From NCBI GenBank assembly GCA_048622455.1, contig JBMCUO010000003.1, positions 1 through 39,815 of the forward strand: a DNA stretch of 39,815 nt. Reading direction: 5' to 3'. Origin of the DNA: Candidatus Saliniplasma sp. GTDB taxonomy: Archaea > Thermoplasmatota > Thermoplasmata > Halarchaeoplasmatales > Halarchaeoplasmataceae. The position numbers were made by a program, and so were the translations under genes. Below, one piece after another: positions 28,246 through 37,022 of the stretch (within the stretch, counting starts at the first letter, position 1; each line of letters begins with the position of its first letter). Below the pieces are notes generated by a model. The model made no database searches. It had not been told where the DNA came from and was given only the letters and a program-made list of their open reading frames with translations.

Positions 28246-28797
28246 TCACCAAGTTATTTGGAACTCGATATATTCGTCCCCCTCAACTGGACAAGCAGTA
28301 TGTTCTATTTTGCCATCTAATTCTAGCAACTCTATATCCTTCTCTAAACTACCCTGGAAATAATTGCAGATGTGTTTATTGACAGGAAAGCCATGATATT
28401 TGATGACGGCCTTCCCTTCTTCAGTCCAATCTGCCAATTCTATGCTCCCAAAGTTGTAAACTTTTTCCCAATTGTCCTCGGCCTTTTCTATGAGCTCCTT
28501 GAGACCCTGGGCTACGGTCAAATATTCCAAATGACCAAGATTGCTTGTAATGTGACGCCCTATCTCACGGGACCTAGGTACCTTTTTGAGGTCACTACCG
28601 AATATATCCTCTATGGTTTCAAAAAATTTTATGACTAAGTCATAATCTACCCATTCTTTTTCGTCGTACTCCTTTTTTGAGGTGATAGACCTTTCTTCTA
28701 TTTCTTCCCATAAATTTTCTAGACCTAATTTTCCTTTTTTCTCCTCTACATAATCTAATATGTTGATCATGTGAGTTCCTTTTACCTTTTTTTCCAT
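28246..28797 (-). CDS. V4R / H-NOX-like small ligand-binding protein (DUF2378-like)
   Basis: VKG..I..L.YV N-terminus, W.DY motif, and C-terminal C..FQG...HTACPVEGDEYIEFQITW typical of V4R domains. GGGAAG SD upstream. Confidence 0.7.
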   Translation of the reverse strand: MEKKVKGTHMINILDYVEEKKGKLGLENLWEEIEERSITSKKEYDEKEWVDYDLVIKFFETIEDIFGSDLKKVPRSREIGRHITSNLGHLEYLTVAQGLKELIEKAEDNWEKVYNFGSIELADWTEEGKAVIKYHGFPVNKHICNYFQGSLEKDIELLELDGKIEHTACPVEGDEYIEFQITW

Positions 28798-28857
28798 AAT
28801 ATCAACAACTTCCCTCTTTTAATCTAATTCGTCAATATATTAGTTCATATTTAAGTT

Positions 28858-30174
28858 TCACGCATACAACTCGATCCTTTTCAAAGGTTTACTTAGATGT
28901 CTCCTAGCTGAGACTGGGGTTTCATACCATGTTTCTTCTAAATCTCTTTCTTCTTTACGCGTTTCTATGTCTTCTTCTGAGGCTTTTTTGCTGCATCTTT
29001 TACATCTGAAACCCGCATTTTTACCGATAGATGACATCCTTTTATTACATGATGGGCAGACTGGGTTACCTGTCTTGATAATTTTATCTTCAAGATGGAG
29101 TATTTTCATCTTCTCGATATTGAGTGTCATAGGGTCTTTTCTTACACCACCATATAATTCTATCACATCTCCAACTATCAATCGTTTAACTATCTCTCTA
29201 AATCCTTTTGTTGGTTCGTAAGCAGCAGCAGTGATAGAGTTTTCTTTTTCATCAGAGATCTCGAAGAAGATATGTCCACCCTTTATAGTATAGGGTTCAT
29301 TGGTTAACTTTCCTTTTATCTTCACAGATAACCACGGCCGGACATTTTCGATCTTTGCCGATTGGATATGGTCGTCAGTTCCTTGATTTGTGAGGAATGT
29401 GATCCATCTAGATGGTTCTTCAGAATCTATAATCTCTAAAGATTTTTTTAATTCCTCTGGTTTTTCCCCTCTGACACCATACAGCACGGGACATGGAGAA
29501 TTAGGATCTATTACAGAGGCGTCTTCTTCATAATCATAGCTGTCAAATGCACTATCTAGGGATCTATCCAATTCTTTTACCTGGCGCTTTTCAATAATTC
29601 TTGGAGTTCCCCACTTCGATTGTTTTCTATATGTGATCAATTCATAAGTATGATCTTTTGTTTCCCATGCAAGGGCTGATGCGGCACCTATCAAACCCCT
29701 TTTTTTACCGAACCCTGTATAATGTATATTTTCATTCTCTAGAACATCTACAACTTCATCCAGCTCAATAATATCTTTAACAGCTTTTTCATAGAGATAG
29801 TATGGAGTTTTTTTCTTACTGACTATCAAACCAGGATCAGTTCTATCACATTCCAGTTCCGACCATTGTTTAACTACTTTTTCAGCTCGCTCTAGTATAA
29901 TGTCAAATTTTTTCTCAGAAACAGTATGGTCACCTTCATAGATATGAATTTTCTTTTGGATATGACCTATACCTCTACCTTGTTTCTTCCCCTCACCAAA
30001 GGTCAAAACGATAGCACCGTTCCCCCTGGTTTTCCAGGGAACATTAGGGTTTAATCTTACTAGTCTGGGATAATCTAAAAGTTGATACTCATTGAACTCC
30101 TGAACCAATTCAGTGGCTAAAAATGTCGTGCACATCCCGTCTCTAGAATCCGTATCGTCAACTGCTATATACAT
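28858..30174 (-). CDS. tiaS: tRNA(Ile2) 2-agmatinylcytidine synthetase
   Basis: IAVDDTDS..GMCTT, LVRLNPNVPWKTRGNGA, GLIGAASA, PVLYGVRG, TNQGTDDH, YEPTKGFR, Zn ribbon and RRHLSKPL motifs. Confidence 0.96.
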   Translation of the reverse strand: MYIAVDDTDSRDGMCTTFLATELVQEFNEYQLLDYPRLVRLNPNVPWKTRGNGAIVLTFGEGKKQGRGIGHIQKKIHIYEGDHTVSEKKFDIILERAEKVVKQWSELECDRTDPGLIVSKKKTPYYLYEKAVKDIIELDEVVDVLENENIHYTGFGKKRGLIGAASALAWETKDHTYELITYRKQSKWGTPRIIEKRQVKELDRSLDSAFDSYDYEEDASVIDPNSPCPVLYGVRGEKPEELKKSLEIIDSEEPSRWITFLTNQGTDDHIQSAKIENVRPWLSVKIKGKLTNEPYTIKGGHIFFEISDEKENSITAAAYEPTKGFREIVKRLIVGDVIELYGGVRKDPMTLNIEKMKILHLEDKIIKTGNPVCPSCNKRMSSIGKNAGFRCKRCSKKASEEDIETRKEERDLEETWYETPVSARRHLSKPLKRIELYA

Positions 30175-30180
30175 AATAAT

Positions 30181-30852
30181 TTACTGTATCCTTCCACATT
30201 CCGTACACCTAGCTTTTCCTCCGCGTATATCCTCTAGATCTCCACCGCATTCTCGGCACTGTCTTTTATCAATTTCAGTTGTTACCTCGCCATCATGGGC
30301 ATGAGGTACATGACTGCTAACAAATTCTTTAAAGTGAATTGGATCGATACTCCCGACAACAGTGGTATTTGCTACCCTATCTAGATATTTCTGCCTTGGG
30401 TCTCCTTCAGTAGCTAGACCGACTATGACATCTAAAAGTAATAGAAGTCCGTGAACTTTACTGAAGTTCCTTATCAATGCCTCAGAGAGATTCATACCCC
30501 CCATCAAAGATTCAACTTCTAGATCCAGTACCATCTTTCCTAAAGTTTGTCTTTTTGAATATTCAAAAATCCCAGAATAAAATACCTGTATCACTCCAGC
30601 TGTGAACGGAAAGATACTGATATAGCGTATTCCGAAACCGATTGTAAAAGGTATGAATATGATATAAACGACTACACTCGAGATAATAAAGTCTATTAAA
30701 TAAGCTATGGCTCTTTTTAACCAGTGTTTTTGTAGTGGTTTGTTGTTAGGTAGTAAATCAAATCCAGTAACCATTTTATCGTCCTTGTTTTGCCCTTCAG
30801 TTTGCCCATCACTCATCACATAATCAGTTTTGGATTCTTCATCATCGGGCAT
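30181..30852 (-). CDS. RDD-family membrane protein with C-terminal zinc ribbon
   Basis: WLKRAIAYLID, QTLGKMVLDLEV, IRN and RQKYLDRVANTTVV motifs. C-terminal CREC..CTEC. Confidence 0.85.
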   Translation of the reverse strand: MPDDEESKTDYVMSDGQTEGQNKDDKMVTGFDLLPNNKPLQKHWLKRAIAYLIDFIISSVVVYIIFIPFTIGFGIRYISIFPFTAGVIQVFYSGIFEYSKRQTLGKMVLDLEVESLMGGMNLSEALIRNFSKVHGLLLLLDVIVGLATEGDPRQKYLDRVANTTVVGSIDPIHFKEFVSSHVPHAHDGEVTTEIDKRQCRECGGDLEDIRGGKARCTECGRIQ

Positions 30853-30872
30853 ACTCTGAATAAATGAGGACG

Positions 30873-30887
30873 TTCATATATTTTTCC
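30873..30887 (-). promoter_or_regulatory. Putative BRE/TATA promoter of the RDD-tiaS unit
   Basis: Minus strand GGAAAAATATATGAA about 21-35 nt upstream of ATG 30852. Confidence 0.4.
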
Positions 30888-30952
30888 ATGATATCTTTAC
30901 AATACAATTTTTACGAATGATTTATTACTCACTTTAAAATTATCAAGATACC

Positions 30953-31447
30953 ATGCAGCTATACATATTGGATTATAGAGAGTGTGACCCAAAAAAGTGT
31001 ACCGCAAGGAAACTTTTGGACAACGATATGGCTGAGAAAATTTTACATGAAACAGATTTGGGTGGAGGAGGTATATACTTAACACCATTGACAGATAAAG
31101 CCTTTTCACCCGAAGATAGGGGCAAATGTATTGAAGGGGGTATCCGTGCAGTTGACTGTACTTGGACGGAGGCTGAAGAAAAATTACCCGTTTATGATAA
31201 TTCAAGGGCTCTGCCGTATTTGGTAGCCGCTAATCCTGTCAATTATGGGAAACCAATGCAGCTGACAACGGTCGAAGCTTTCGCAGCGTCTCTTTATATC
31301 CTTGGTGAAGAAGACCAGGCTAAAGAGATATTATCAAAGTTCAATTGGGGAGAACAGTTCTTGAAACTGAATAAAGAACCCTTGAACGAATATCAAAATG
31401 CTGAAAATAGTAAAGATGTGGTAAAAGCCCAGAGCGAATTTATCTAA
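30953..31447 (+). CDS. tsr3: 16S rRNA aminocarboxypropyltransferase (DUF367)
   Basis: ECDPKKCTARKL, DCTW, RALPYLVAANPVNYGKP, LTTVEAFAA and FNWGEQFLKLN motifs. Confidence 0.95.
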   Translation: MQLYILDYRECDPKKCTARKLLDNDMAEKILHETDLGGGGIYLTPLTDKAFSPEDRGKCIEGGIRAVDCTWTEAEEKLPVYDNSRALPYLVAANPVNYGKPMQLTTVEAFAASLYILGEEDQAKEILSKFNWGEQFLKLNKEPLNEYQNAENSKDVVKAQSEFI

Positions 31448-31617
31448 TCCTCTTGAGGGAGCATGTTAGGTATACCATCTTCTATAGGATATTCGATTTT
31501 ACATTTTTTACAGTGAAGTGAACCTTCTTCTATTTCATCGTCTTCTTTTTCAACGCTCAAATCAAGTTCACCCTTACATTCGGGACATCGTAAAATATCC
31601 AATAAACTCCGTTTCAT
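31444..31617 (-). CDS. trm112: Trm112-family methyltransferase activator (57 aa, absent from the ORF track)
   Basis: Manual translation MKRSLLDILRCPECKGELDLSVEKEDDEIEEGSLHCKKCKIEYPIEDGIPNMLPQED* contains LLDILxCPxC, CxxC and YPIEDGIPNML motifs. Confidence 0.92.
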   Translation of the reverse strand: MKRSLLDILRCPECKGELDLSVEKEDDEIEEGSLHCKKCKIEYPIEDGIPNMLPQED

Positions 31618-31637
31618 GATAGCAGTATTAAAAAGGA

Positions 31638-31654
31638 GTTATAACATTTTTTCG
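31638..31654 (-). promoter_or_regulatory. Putative BRE/TATA promoter of trm112
   Basis: Minus strand CGAAAAAATGTTATAAC about 21-37 nt upstream of ATG 31617. Confidence 0.45.
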
Positions 31655-31662
31655 ATTACAAT

Positions 31663-31980
31663 TTAGAAAATATCTAGGGAATTTGGTATACTATTGTTTC
31701 TCTTTAGATATTTGATCTGAGTCCGTGTATATCTGTATTCTATATCTGCTTTCTCATCTTGGAAAGACCATGGTTTAACTATGAGGAGGTCACCTTCTCG
31801 AATCCACATCCTCTTTTTGAGTTTACCAGGTATCCTACCCATCCTTGATTCACCATCTTCACACATAATTTTAACTCGACCACCACCGAGCATCTTATCT
31901 GCTATAGCGAACATCTGACCTTGGTGTCTTCGAGGGTAAGGAACTCGTTGTACTTCTTCCTCGTCATCGTTCGAACTCAC
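31663..31980 (-). CDS. eif1a: Translation initiation factor aIF-1A
   Basis: MLGGGRVKIMCEDG..RMGRIPGKLKKRMWIREGDLLIVKPWSFQDEKADIEYRY. GTG 31980 is preferred because ATG 31998 lies too close to the TATA box at 32010-32017. Confidence 0.95.
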   Translation of the reverse strand: MSSNDDEEEVQRVPYPRRHQGQMFAIADKMLGGGRVKIMCEDGESRMGRIPGKLKKRMWIREGDLLIVKPWSFQDEKADIEYRYTRTQIKYLKRNNSIPNSLDIF

Positions 31981-32009
31981 TTTATCACAATTAAGCATAT
32001 TATGTGGGG

Positions 32010-32024
32010 TATATAAAACTTCGC
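32010..32024 (-). promoter_or_regulatory. BRE/TATA promoter of aIF-1A
   Basis: Minus strand GCGAAGTTTTATATA, a near-consensus BRE + TTTATATA. Confidence 0.55.
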
Positions 32025-32068
32025 TGGGGCATACAAAATCACCTTCGCCAGGATCGTATCGGTCTTAG

Positions 32069-32542
32069 TCATACTAAATCTATCATATATGGTTGGAGGA
32101 TGATCGCTATTGTTGAGATTATAGAAGCAAGGAGAAGTAGAGCCACAAGGGATTCTACAACTGGATTAAGAACTAGAAATATCACTGTACCGCCTGCAGG
32201 TGGATGCTCGATATCTAGAGTGACCATAACAAAGATAGATGCCCCAACAGCTAGTGCTATTGTGGCTGTAAGCGGTATTAGAGTCGAATGAAGATTAAAA
32301 AACAGTAAACCGAGGAGGCCACAAGCTAGATGTCCACCCAATACGTTCTTCGGTTTAGCAGGGCTGCTTTCAGGCATGGCAAAAACTATGAATGAAGTTG
32401 ACCCTATTGCTGCGATCAAAATCGGTTCATCGATCATCGGTATCGAGAAAGCGGCATATAACGCAGCAGCGGCTAATGCACTTTGTAATAGGTAATGTTT
32501 CCAGGTATACTTATCGAGTTTTTGGTCAAGGATGAACTTCAT
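32069..32542 (-). CDS. HPP-family membrane protein
   Basis: [21 protein letters not shown] and EHPPAGG motifs with several hydrophobic helices. Confidence 0.9.
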   Translation of the reverse strand: MKFILDQKLDKYTWKHYLLQSALAAAALYAAFSIPMIDEPILIAAIGSTSFIVFAMPESSPAKPKNVLGGHLACGLLGLLFFNLHSTLIPLTATIALAVGASIFVMVTLDIEHPPAGGTVIFLVLNPVVESLVALLLLASIISTIAIILQPYMIDLV

Positions 32543-32584
32543 CGGGATTGTATATTAGACCCTCCAAATAATACTTTTCATCCG

Positions 32585-32600
32585 GGAAAACATTTTTATC
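32585..32600 (+). promoter_or_regulatory. Putative BRE/TATA promoter of the PINA gene
   Basis: GGAAAACATTTTTATC about 24-39 nt before ATG 32624. Confidence 0.4.
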
Positions 32601-32623
32601 AGCAGAAAGGCTTGATTTATAAT

Positions 32624-34444
32624 ATGAAAATCATTCCAGATACGAGCGTTATAATCGATGGACGTGTTACAGACCTAGTTGATAGTGGTGAGTTAAATGG
32701 TTGTGAAATAATAATCCACGAGGCTGTCTTGGGGGAACTTGAATATCAGGCAAATCGAGGTCAGGAAACAGGGATGAGCGGTTTAGAAGAAGCTAAGAAA
32801 CTAAGGAAATTAGCGGATGATGGTGATATCGTTTTGTCATTCCAAGGTAAAAGACCCTCTTTCGATCAGGTTCAATTAGCGTCAGGTGGTGAAATAGATT
32901 CTATGGTTCGAGACCTAGCATCTAGAGAAGGTGGTACTCTTCTTACTGGTGATATAGTACAGGCGGAGGTCGCTCGGGCTAAAGGGTTAGATGTGACATA
33001 TTTAGAACCTCAAGAAGAAGAAATCGAGGGTGTGAAAGAGATATGGGAGTATTTTAGAGAAGATATGATGTCAGTACATCTGAGAGAGGGTGCTAAACCA
33101 AGGGGTAAAATTGGTATGCCCGGCAATATGAAAATGAAAATAATTGATGAAAATGTTATGAATTCTGAACAACTGCGTCACCTATCTCACAAGATTGTTG
33201 AACATGCAAAACGGGCATCTCGTGGTTTTATAGAGTTAGATAAAGGAGGGGCAACAGTAGTCCAGTTAAATGAATTCAGGATAGTTATTTCACATCCCCC
33301 TTTTTCAGATGGTTATGAGATCACTGCGGTCAAACCCGTAGCTAAAGTTACATTAGATGATTATAGGCTATCTGATAAGTTGAGGGATAGGATATCAGAA
33401 AAACGGAGGGGTGTACTTTTGGCTGGAGCTCCTGGTGCAGGAAAGAGTACACTAGCACAGGCTATAGCTGAGTACCTCAATGATAAGAATTTTGTGGTCA
33501 AAACCATGGAGGAACCAAGAGATTTACAGGTCCCAGATGAGATAACACAATACACCTCTTTAGACGGAAGGTTAGAAGATACTGCCGATGTTTTACTTTT
33601 AGTCAGACCGGACTACACTATCTTCGATGAAGTACGAAAAACACCGCATTTTAGAGTTTTTGCTGATATGAGATTAGCCGGCGTGGGGATGGTAGGTGTA
33701 ACTCATGCAAACCGTGCTATCGATGCTTTGCAGAGGATGATCGGAAGAGTTGAACTAGGTATAGTACCTCAGGTAGTTGATACTATAATATTCCTAGAAG
33801 AAGCTCAGATCGATAAAGTGTATGACATCACATTCAATGTAAAAGTCCCCAACGGGATGAAAGATGAAGATCTTGCTCGACCAGTCATCGAAGTCAAAGA
33901 TTTCGAAACTGGAAGATGTGAATATGAAGTTTATACCTATGGAGAACAGGTAGTTGTGATGCCTGTTGAAGGTAACGGTGAAAGGAAAGAACCAGTGTGG
34001 GATTATGCTGTACCAGAGATACACGATAGATTAAGCAGATTAGTGCGAGTTCATTTCGAGGTTGAGATCACCTCATCAAACAGTATTAAATTGTACGTTC
34101 CTGAAAAACAGATAGGTTCTGTTTTGGGTAGAGATGGAGAGAATATCAATCGACTTGAAAATGAAACTGGACTGAAAATTGATGTTCAACCAATGAGTCA
34201 AAAATATGATTATAAAAAGTCTGCCCCATCTCAAGAGGTTGATGTTTGGGGTGAGGGTGATAAGTTAGTGTTAGAGATAGGGATTGAAATGTCTAGGGAA
34301 AATGTAGATATACTTGCAGATGGAGATTATATCACAACCGTCACCGTTGGAAGTGATGGGACCATAAAAATACGTAAAAACACTGAAATAGGTAGAATGG
34401 TCAATGAGTCCATGAAAAAGGGGGAACGTATAGAGATAAGGTGA
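32624..34444 (+). CDS. PINA: PIN-domain + VirB11-like ATPase + KH domain (Holliday junction branch-migration ATPase family)
   Basis: [11 protein letters not shown] (PIN), GAPGAGKST (Walker A), [35 protein letters not shown] and KH-like LGRDGENI motifs. Start ATG 32624 rather than 32495, which overlaps the HPP gene. Confidence 0.92.
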   Translation: MKIIPDTSVIIDGRVTDLVDSGELNGCEIIIHEAVLGELEYQANRGQETGMSGLEEAKKLRKLADDGDIVLSFQGKRPSFDQVQLASGGEIDSMVRDLASREGGTLLTGDIVQAEVARAKGLDVTYLEPQEEEIEGVKEIWEYFREDMMSVHLREGAKPRGKIGMPGNMKMKIIDENVMNSEQLRHLSHKIVEHAKRASRGFIELDKGGATVVQLNEFRIVISHPPFSDGYEITAVKPVAKVTLDDYRLSDKLRDRISEKRRGVLLAGAPGAGKSTLAQAIAEYLNDKNFVVKTMEEPRDLQVPDEITQYTSLDGRLEDTADVLLLVRPDYTIFDEVRKTPHFRVFADMRLAGVGMVGVTHANRAIDALQRMIGRVELGIVPQVVDTIIFLEEAQIDKVYDITFNVKVPNGMKDEDLARPVIEVKDFETGRCEYEVYTYGEQVVVMPVEGNGERKEPVWDYAVPEIHDRLSRLVRVHFEVEITSSNSIKLYVPEKQIGSVLGRDGENINRLENETGLKIDVQPMSQKYDYKKSAPSQEVDVWGEGDKLVLEIGIEMSRENVDILADGDYITTVTVGSDGTIKIRKNTEIGRMVNESMKKGERIEIR

Positions 34445-34460
34445 AAAAGGTGACATATAT

Positions 34461-35285
34461 ATGATAAAACTGATAGCAACTGATCTTGATGGAACTTTAG
34501 TTCACGACACCAAGATGGGTAAAGAGGATAGAAGAGCTTTATTAGATGTTATATCGATGGGTATCCCTGTGATACCTGTAACCACCAGGATGAGACATTC
34601 ATCATCAGAGATATTGAGAGGTATACCTATATTTCAAAATCCTCTTATCTGTATGAATGGAGCGGTAGTTAAAGGTCCAGGATGGGAAGATAAATATTGT
34701 GAATCTTGGATGAAAAAGACTCATCGAAACGATATCGCAGAAACTATAAGTTCTTATATTGACGAAAAGGGATATGAAGTTACTACTGTATTCGATGAAA
34801 GAAAGTGTTGGAGGGTGCGAGACGGTCAAAAACCCGGTTCAGACCCCCGTGACCCGGTTACTTGGTTAATTGAAAAAAATCATGATGCACTTGAATATGG
34901 TTTGCCGATAAGTTATATGATACATGAGGATGGCAATGGAGTGGAAGCAATGAGTGATTTAGAAAGGCTTGCTAAAACCAATTGCAACGATTCTGTAACT
35001 ATCCATAGGCATCACCGTATGGGAACATGGGTAGCACTCACGATTTATCCCTATGGAGTTAATAAAGAAAATGCATTAAAATTAGTATGTGATAAGGTGG
35101 GTATATCCATGGAAAATGTTCTAGCTATAGGTAATGATGAAGTAGACAAAAGGATGTTAAGATCTGCTGGTGTTGGGGTCGCCATGGGCAATGCCCCCGA
35201 ACATATCAAGGATGTAGCTGATGATGTAGCACCTGCCTGTACTGAAGATGGTGTCAGTTGGGCATTGAAAAAATATGTTTTGTGA
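34461..35285 (+). CDS. Cof-type HAD-IIB hydrolase
   Basis: IATDLDGTL, ICMNGAVV, GVNKENAL, AIGNDEVD, GVAMGNA and EDGV motifs. AGGTGA SD upstream. Confidence 0.88.
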   Translation: MIKLIATDLDGTLVHDTKMGKEDRRALLDVISMGIPVIPVTTRMRHSSSEILRGIPIFQNPLICMNGAVVKGPGWEDKYCESWMKKTHRNDIAETISSYIDEKGYEVTTVFDERKCWRVRDGQKPGSDPRDPVTWLIEKNHDALEYGLPISYMIHEDGNGVEAMSDLERLAKTNCNDSVTIHRHHRMGTWVALTIYPYGVNKENALKLVCDKVGISMENVLAIGNDEVDKRMLRSAGVGVAMGNAPEHIKDVADDVAPACTEDGVSWALKKYVL

Positions 35286-35320
35286 TGATGTTAAGGGAAA
35301 AGATTATAATTTGGTACTAG

Positions 35321-36292
35321 ATGGAAGATATGGTTCTCATGAAACTCAAAGAAATCTGTGATTTAGCAGTCGAAAAGGGCATGGAAGTTGATCCTAGAGG
35401 GAAAGAAAACGTAAAAAAACTCCTTAAAGAAGCAAAGGAAGAATACGAATCTTTAGAGGGTAAGGATAAAGAGGTTTTTGATACTCAACGTTTGAAAAAT
35501 CCCTATGCAGACTCAAGAATTTTGTACGGTGATGAAGACATCGAAATAAAATCAGTAATGATGGGTGTGAATATAGATACTGGTGAAGTTGTACTAGCGG
35601 ATAGATTGAACGAAAAAGGAAAGAATGTTGATCTTATAATAGGTCATCATCCAAGAGGGAAAGGGGTATCTGGTTTACACGATGTGATGCATCTCCAAAA
35701 GGACGTTTTGATCAACTGGGGTGTTCCTACTGTTGTTGCAGATTCTCTTATGGATAAAAGGATAAAAGAAGTCAAAAGGAAGGTCAAAGGAAGCAATTAC
35801 AACCAGAGTTTAGATGCGGCTAAGTTACTTGACATACCTCTAATGAACATCCACACACCAACAGATAATCTAGTCAATGATTTTCTGACGCAAAAAATCG
35901 AAGAAACGGATTTTGAAACAGTCGGTGATGTTGTTGACTTTCTAAAAGATATACCAGAATATCATGAGTCTAGGAAATATGGCGATGGACCATTTATTTT
36001 GGTTGGAAGTGAAGACAGAAGACCTGGAAAGGTTGTAGTGGAGATGACCGGAGGTACTGAAGGGTCTAAGAAATCCTATGAAAAGTTGGCTGATGCAGGA
36101 GTTGGAACTATTATCGGTATGCATCTTAGCGATAAACATAGGGAAGAAGTTAAGGAGAACCATCTCAATTACGTCATCGCAGGACATATGGCAAGCGATT
36201 CTATAGGTATGAACCTATTAGCGGATATGTTAGAAAATGAGGGAATCGAGATAATACCCTGCAGCGGATTCGTTCGACATTCAAGAAATTAA
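35321..36292 (+). CDS. NIF3-like metal-binding protein
   Basis: NPYADSRIL, IGHHPRG, HTPTDN, MTGGTEG, IGMH and AGHMASDSIGMN motifs. The true start may be ATG 35330 or 35339 given the TATA at about 35304-35310. Confidence 0.8.
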   Translation: MEDMVLMKLKEICDLAVEKGMEVDPRGKENVKKLLKEAKEEYESLEGKDKEVFDTQRLKNPYADSRILYGDEDIEIKSVMMGVNIDTGEVVLADRLNEKGKNVDLIIGHHPRGKGVSGLHDVMHLQKDVLINWGVPTVVADSLMDKRIKEVKRKVKGSNYNQSLDAAKLLDIPLMNIHTPTDNLVNDFLTQKIEETDFETVGDVVDFLKDIPEYHESRKYGDGPFILVGSEDRRPGKVVVEMTGGTEGSKKSYEKLADAGVGTIIGMHLSDKHREEVKENHLNYVIAGHMASDSIGMNLLADMLENEGIEIIPCSGFVRHSRN

Positions 36293-36305
36293 AAAATCAT
36301 ATTAA

Positions 36306-37022
36306 ATGATTGAAGTTAGAAACCTAAGGAAATTATACGGGTCTTATGAAGCCTTGAAGGATATTAGTTTTCAAGTAGGTAAACGTGAAGTTTACTCTTT
36401 ACTGGGCTCGAATGGAGCTGGTAAAACTACGATCATCAAAATAATTACTGGTCTATTGGAACCTACAGCTGGTAATGTTTTCATAGATGATTTAGATGTA
36501 GATTCGAATCCCCATGTCAGATCTAGGTTTGGGTATATGCCAGAACACCCCCATCTATATGATCGTTTAACTGGCAGGGAATTCCTGGAGATGAACGCTA
36601 ATTTAAGGGGTATGGATGAGGGGATTGTAGAGCGTAGGATACAGGAACTTGCTGAGGATTTAAGTTTGTTTGATGTATTAGATTCTGAGATGGGTGCCTA
36701 TTCTAAGGGGATGAAACAGAAGATTTTGTTTATAAATGCAGTTATACATGATCCTCCAAATTTAATATTGGATGAACCGACTAGTGGTCTGGATCCTAGA
36801 TATACCGTTTATATCAAAAACAAAATTAAGGATTTGGCCAAAAAAGGAAAAACGGTTCTCATGAGTACTCATATCACTTCTGTAGCTTCTGAGATATCAG
36901 ACGAGATCGCTGTTATCAATGGTGGAGAGTTAATAGCTGAAGGTTCGCCGCAAGAACTTATGGATAAAACAGGAAAGAGGAGTTTAGAAGAAGTGTTCAT
37001 AGAAGTGGTGAAAGATGGATAA
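36306..37022 (+). CDS. ABC transporter ATP-binding protein (exporter type)
   Basis: GSNGAGKTT (Walker A), YSKGMKQK signature, ILDEPTSGLDP (Walker B) and STH. Confidence 0.95.
   Translation: MIEVRNLRKLYGSYEALKDISFQVGKREVYSLLGSNGAGKTTIIKIITGLLEPTAGNVFIDDLDVDSNPHVRSRFGYMPEHPHLYDRLTGREFLEMNANLRGMDEGIVERRIQELAEDLSLFDVLDSEMGAYSKGMKQKILFINAVIHDPPNLILDEPTSGLDPRYTVYIKNKIKDLAKKGKTVLMSTHITSVASEISDEIAVINGGELIAEGSPQELMDKTGKRSLEEVFIEVVKDG

Noticed and set aside
28858-30174. Link between tiaS (AUA decoding) and the proposed ATA start of atpI
   Set aside because: Initiation uses initiator tRNA, not tRNA-Ile2, so the proximity is probably coincidental.
32000-32068. Slightly GC-richer intergenic stretch as a tRNA or ncRNA
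   Set aside because: No cloverleaf or T-loop motif; it is explained by the aIF-1A promoter.
32495-32623. 43-aa N-terminal extension of PINA in the ORF track
   Set aside because: It overlaps the divergent HPP gene and the promoter; the PIN motif begins at ATG 32624.
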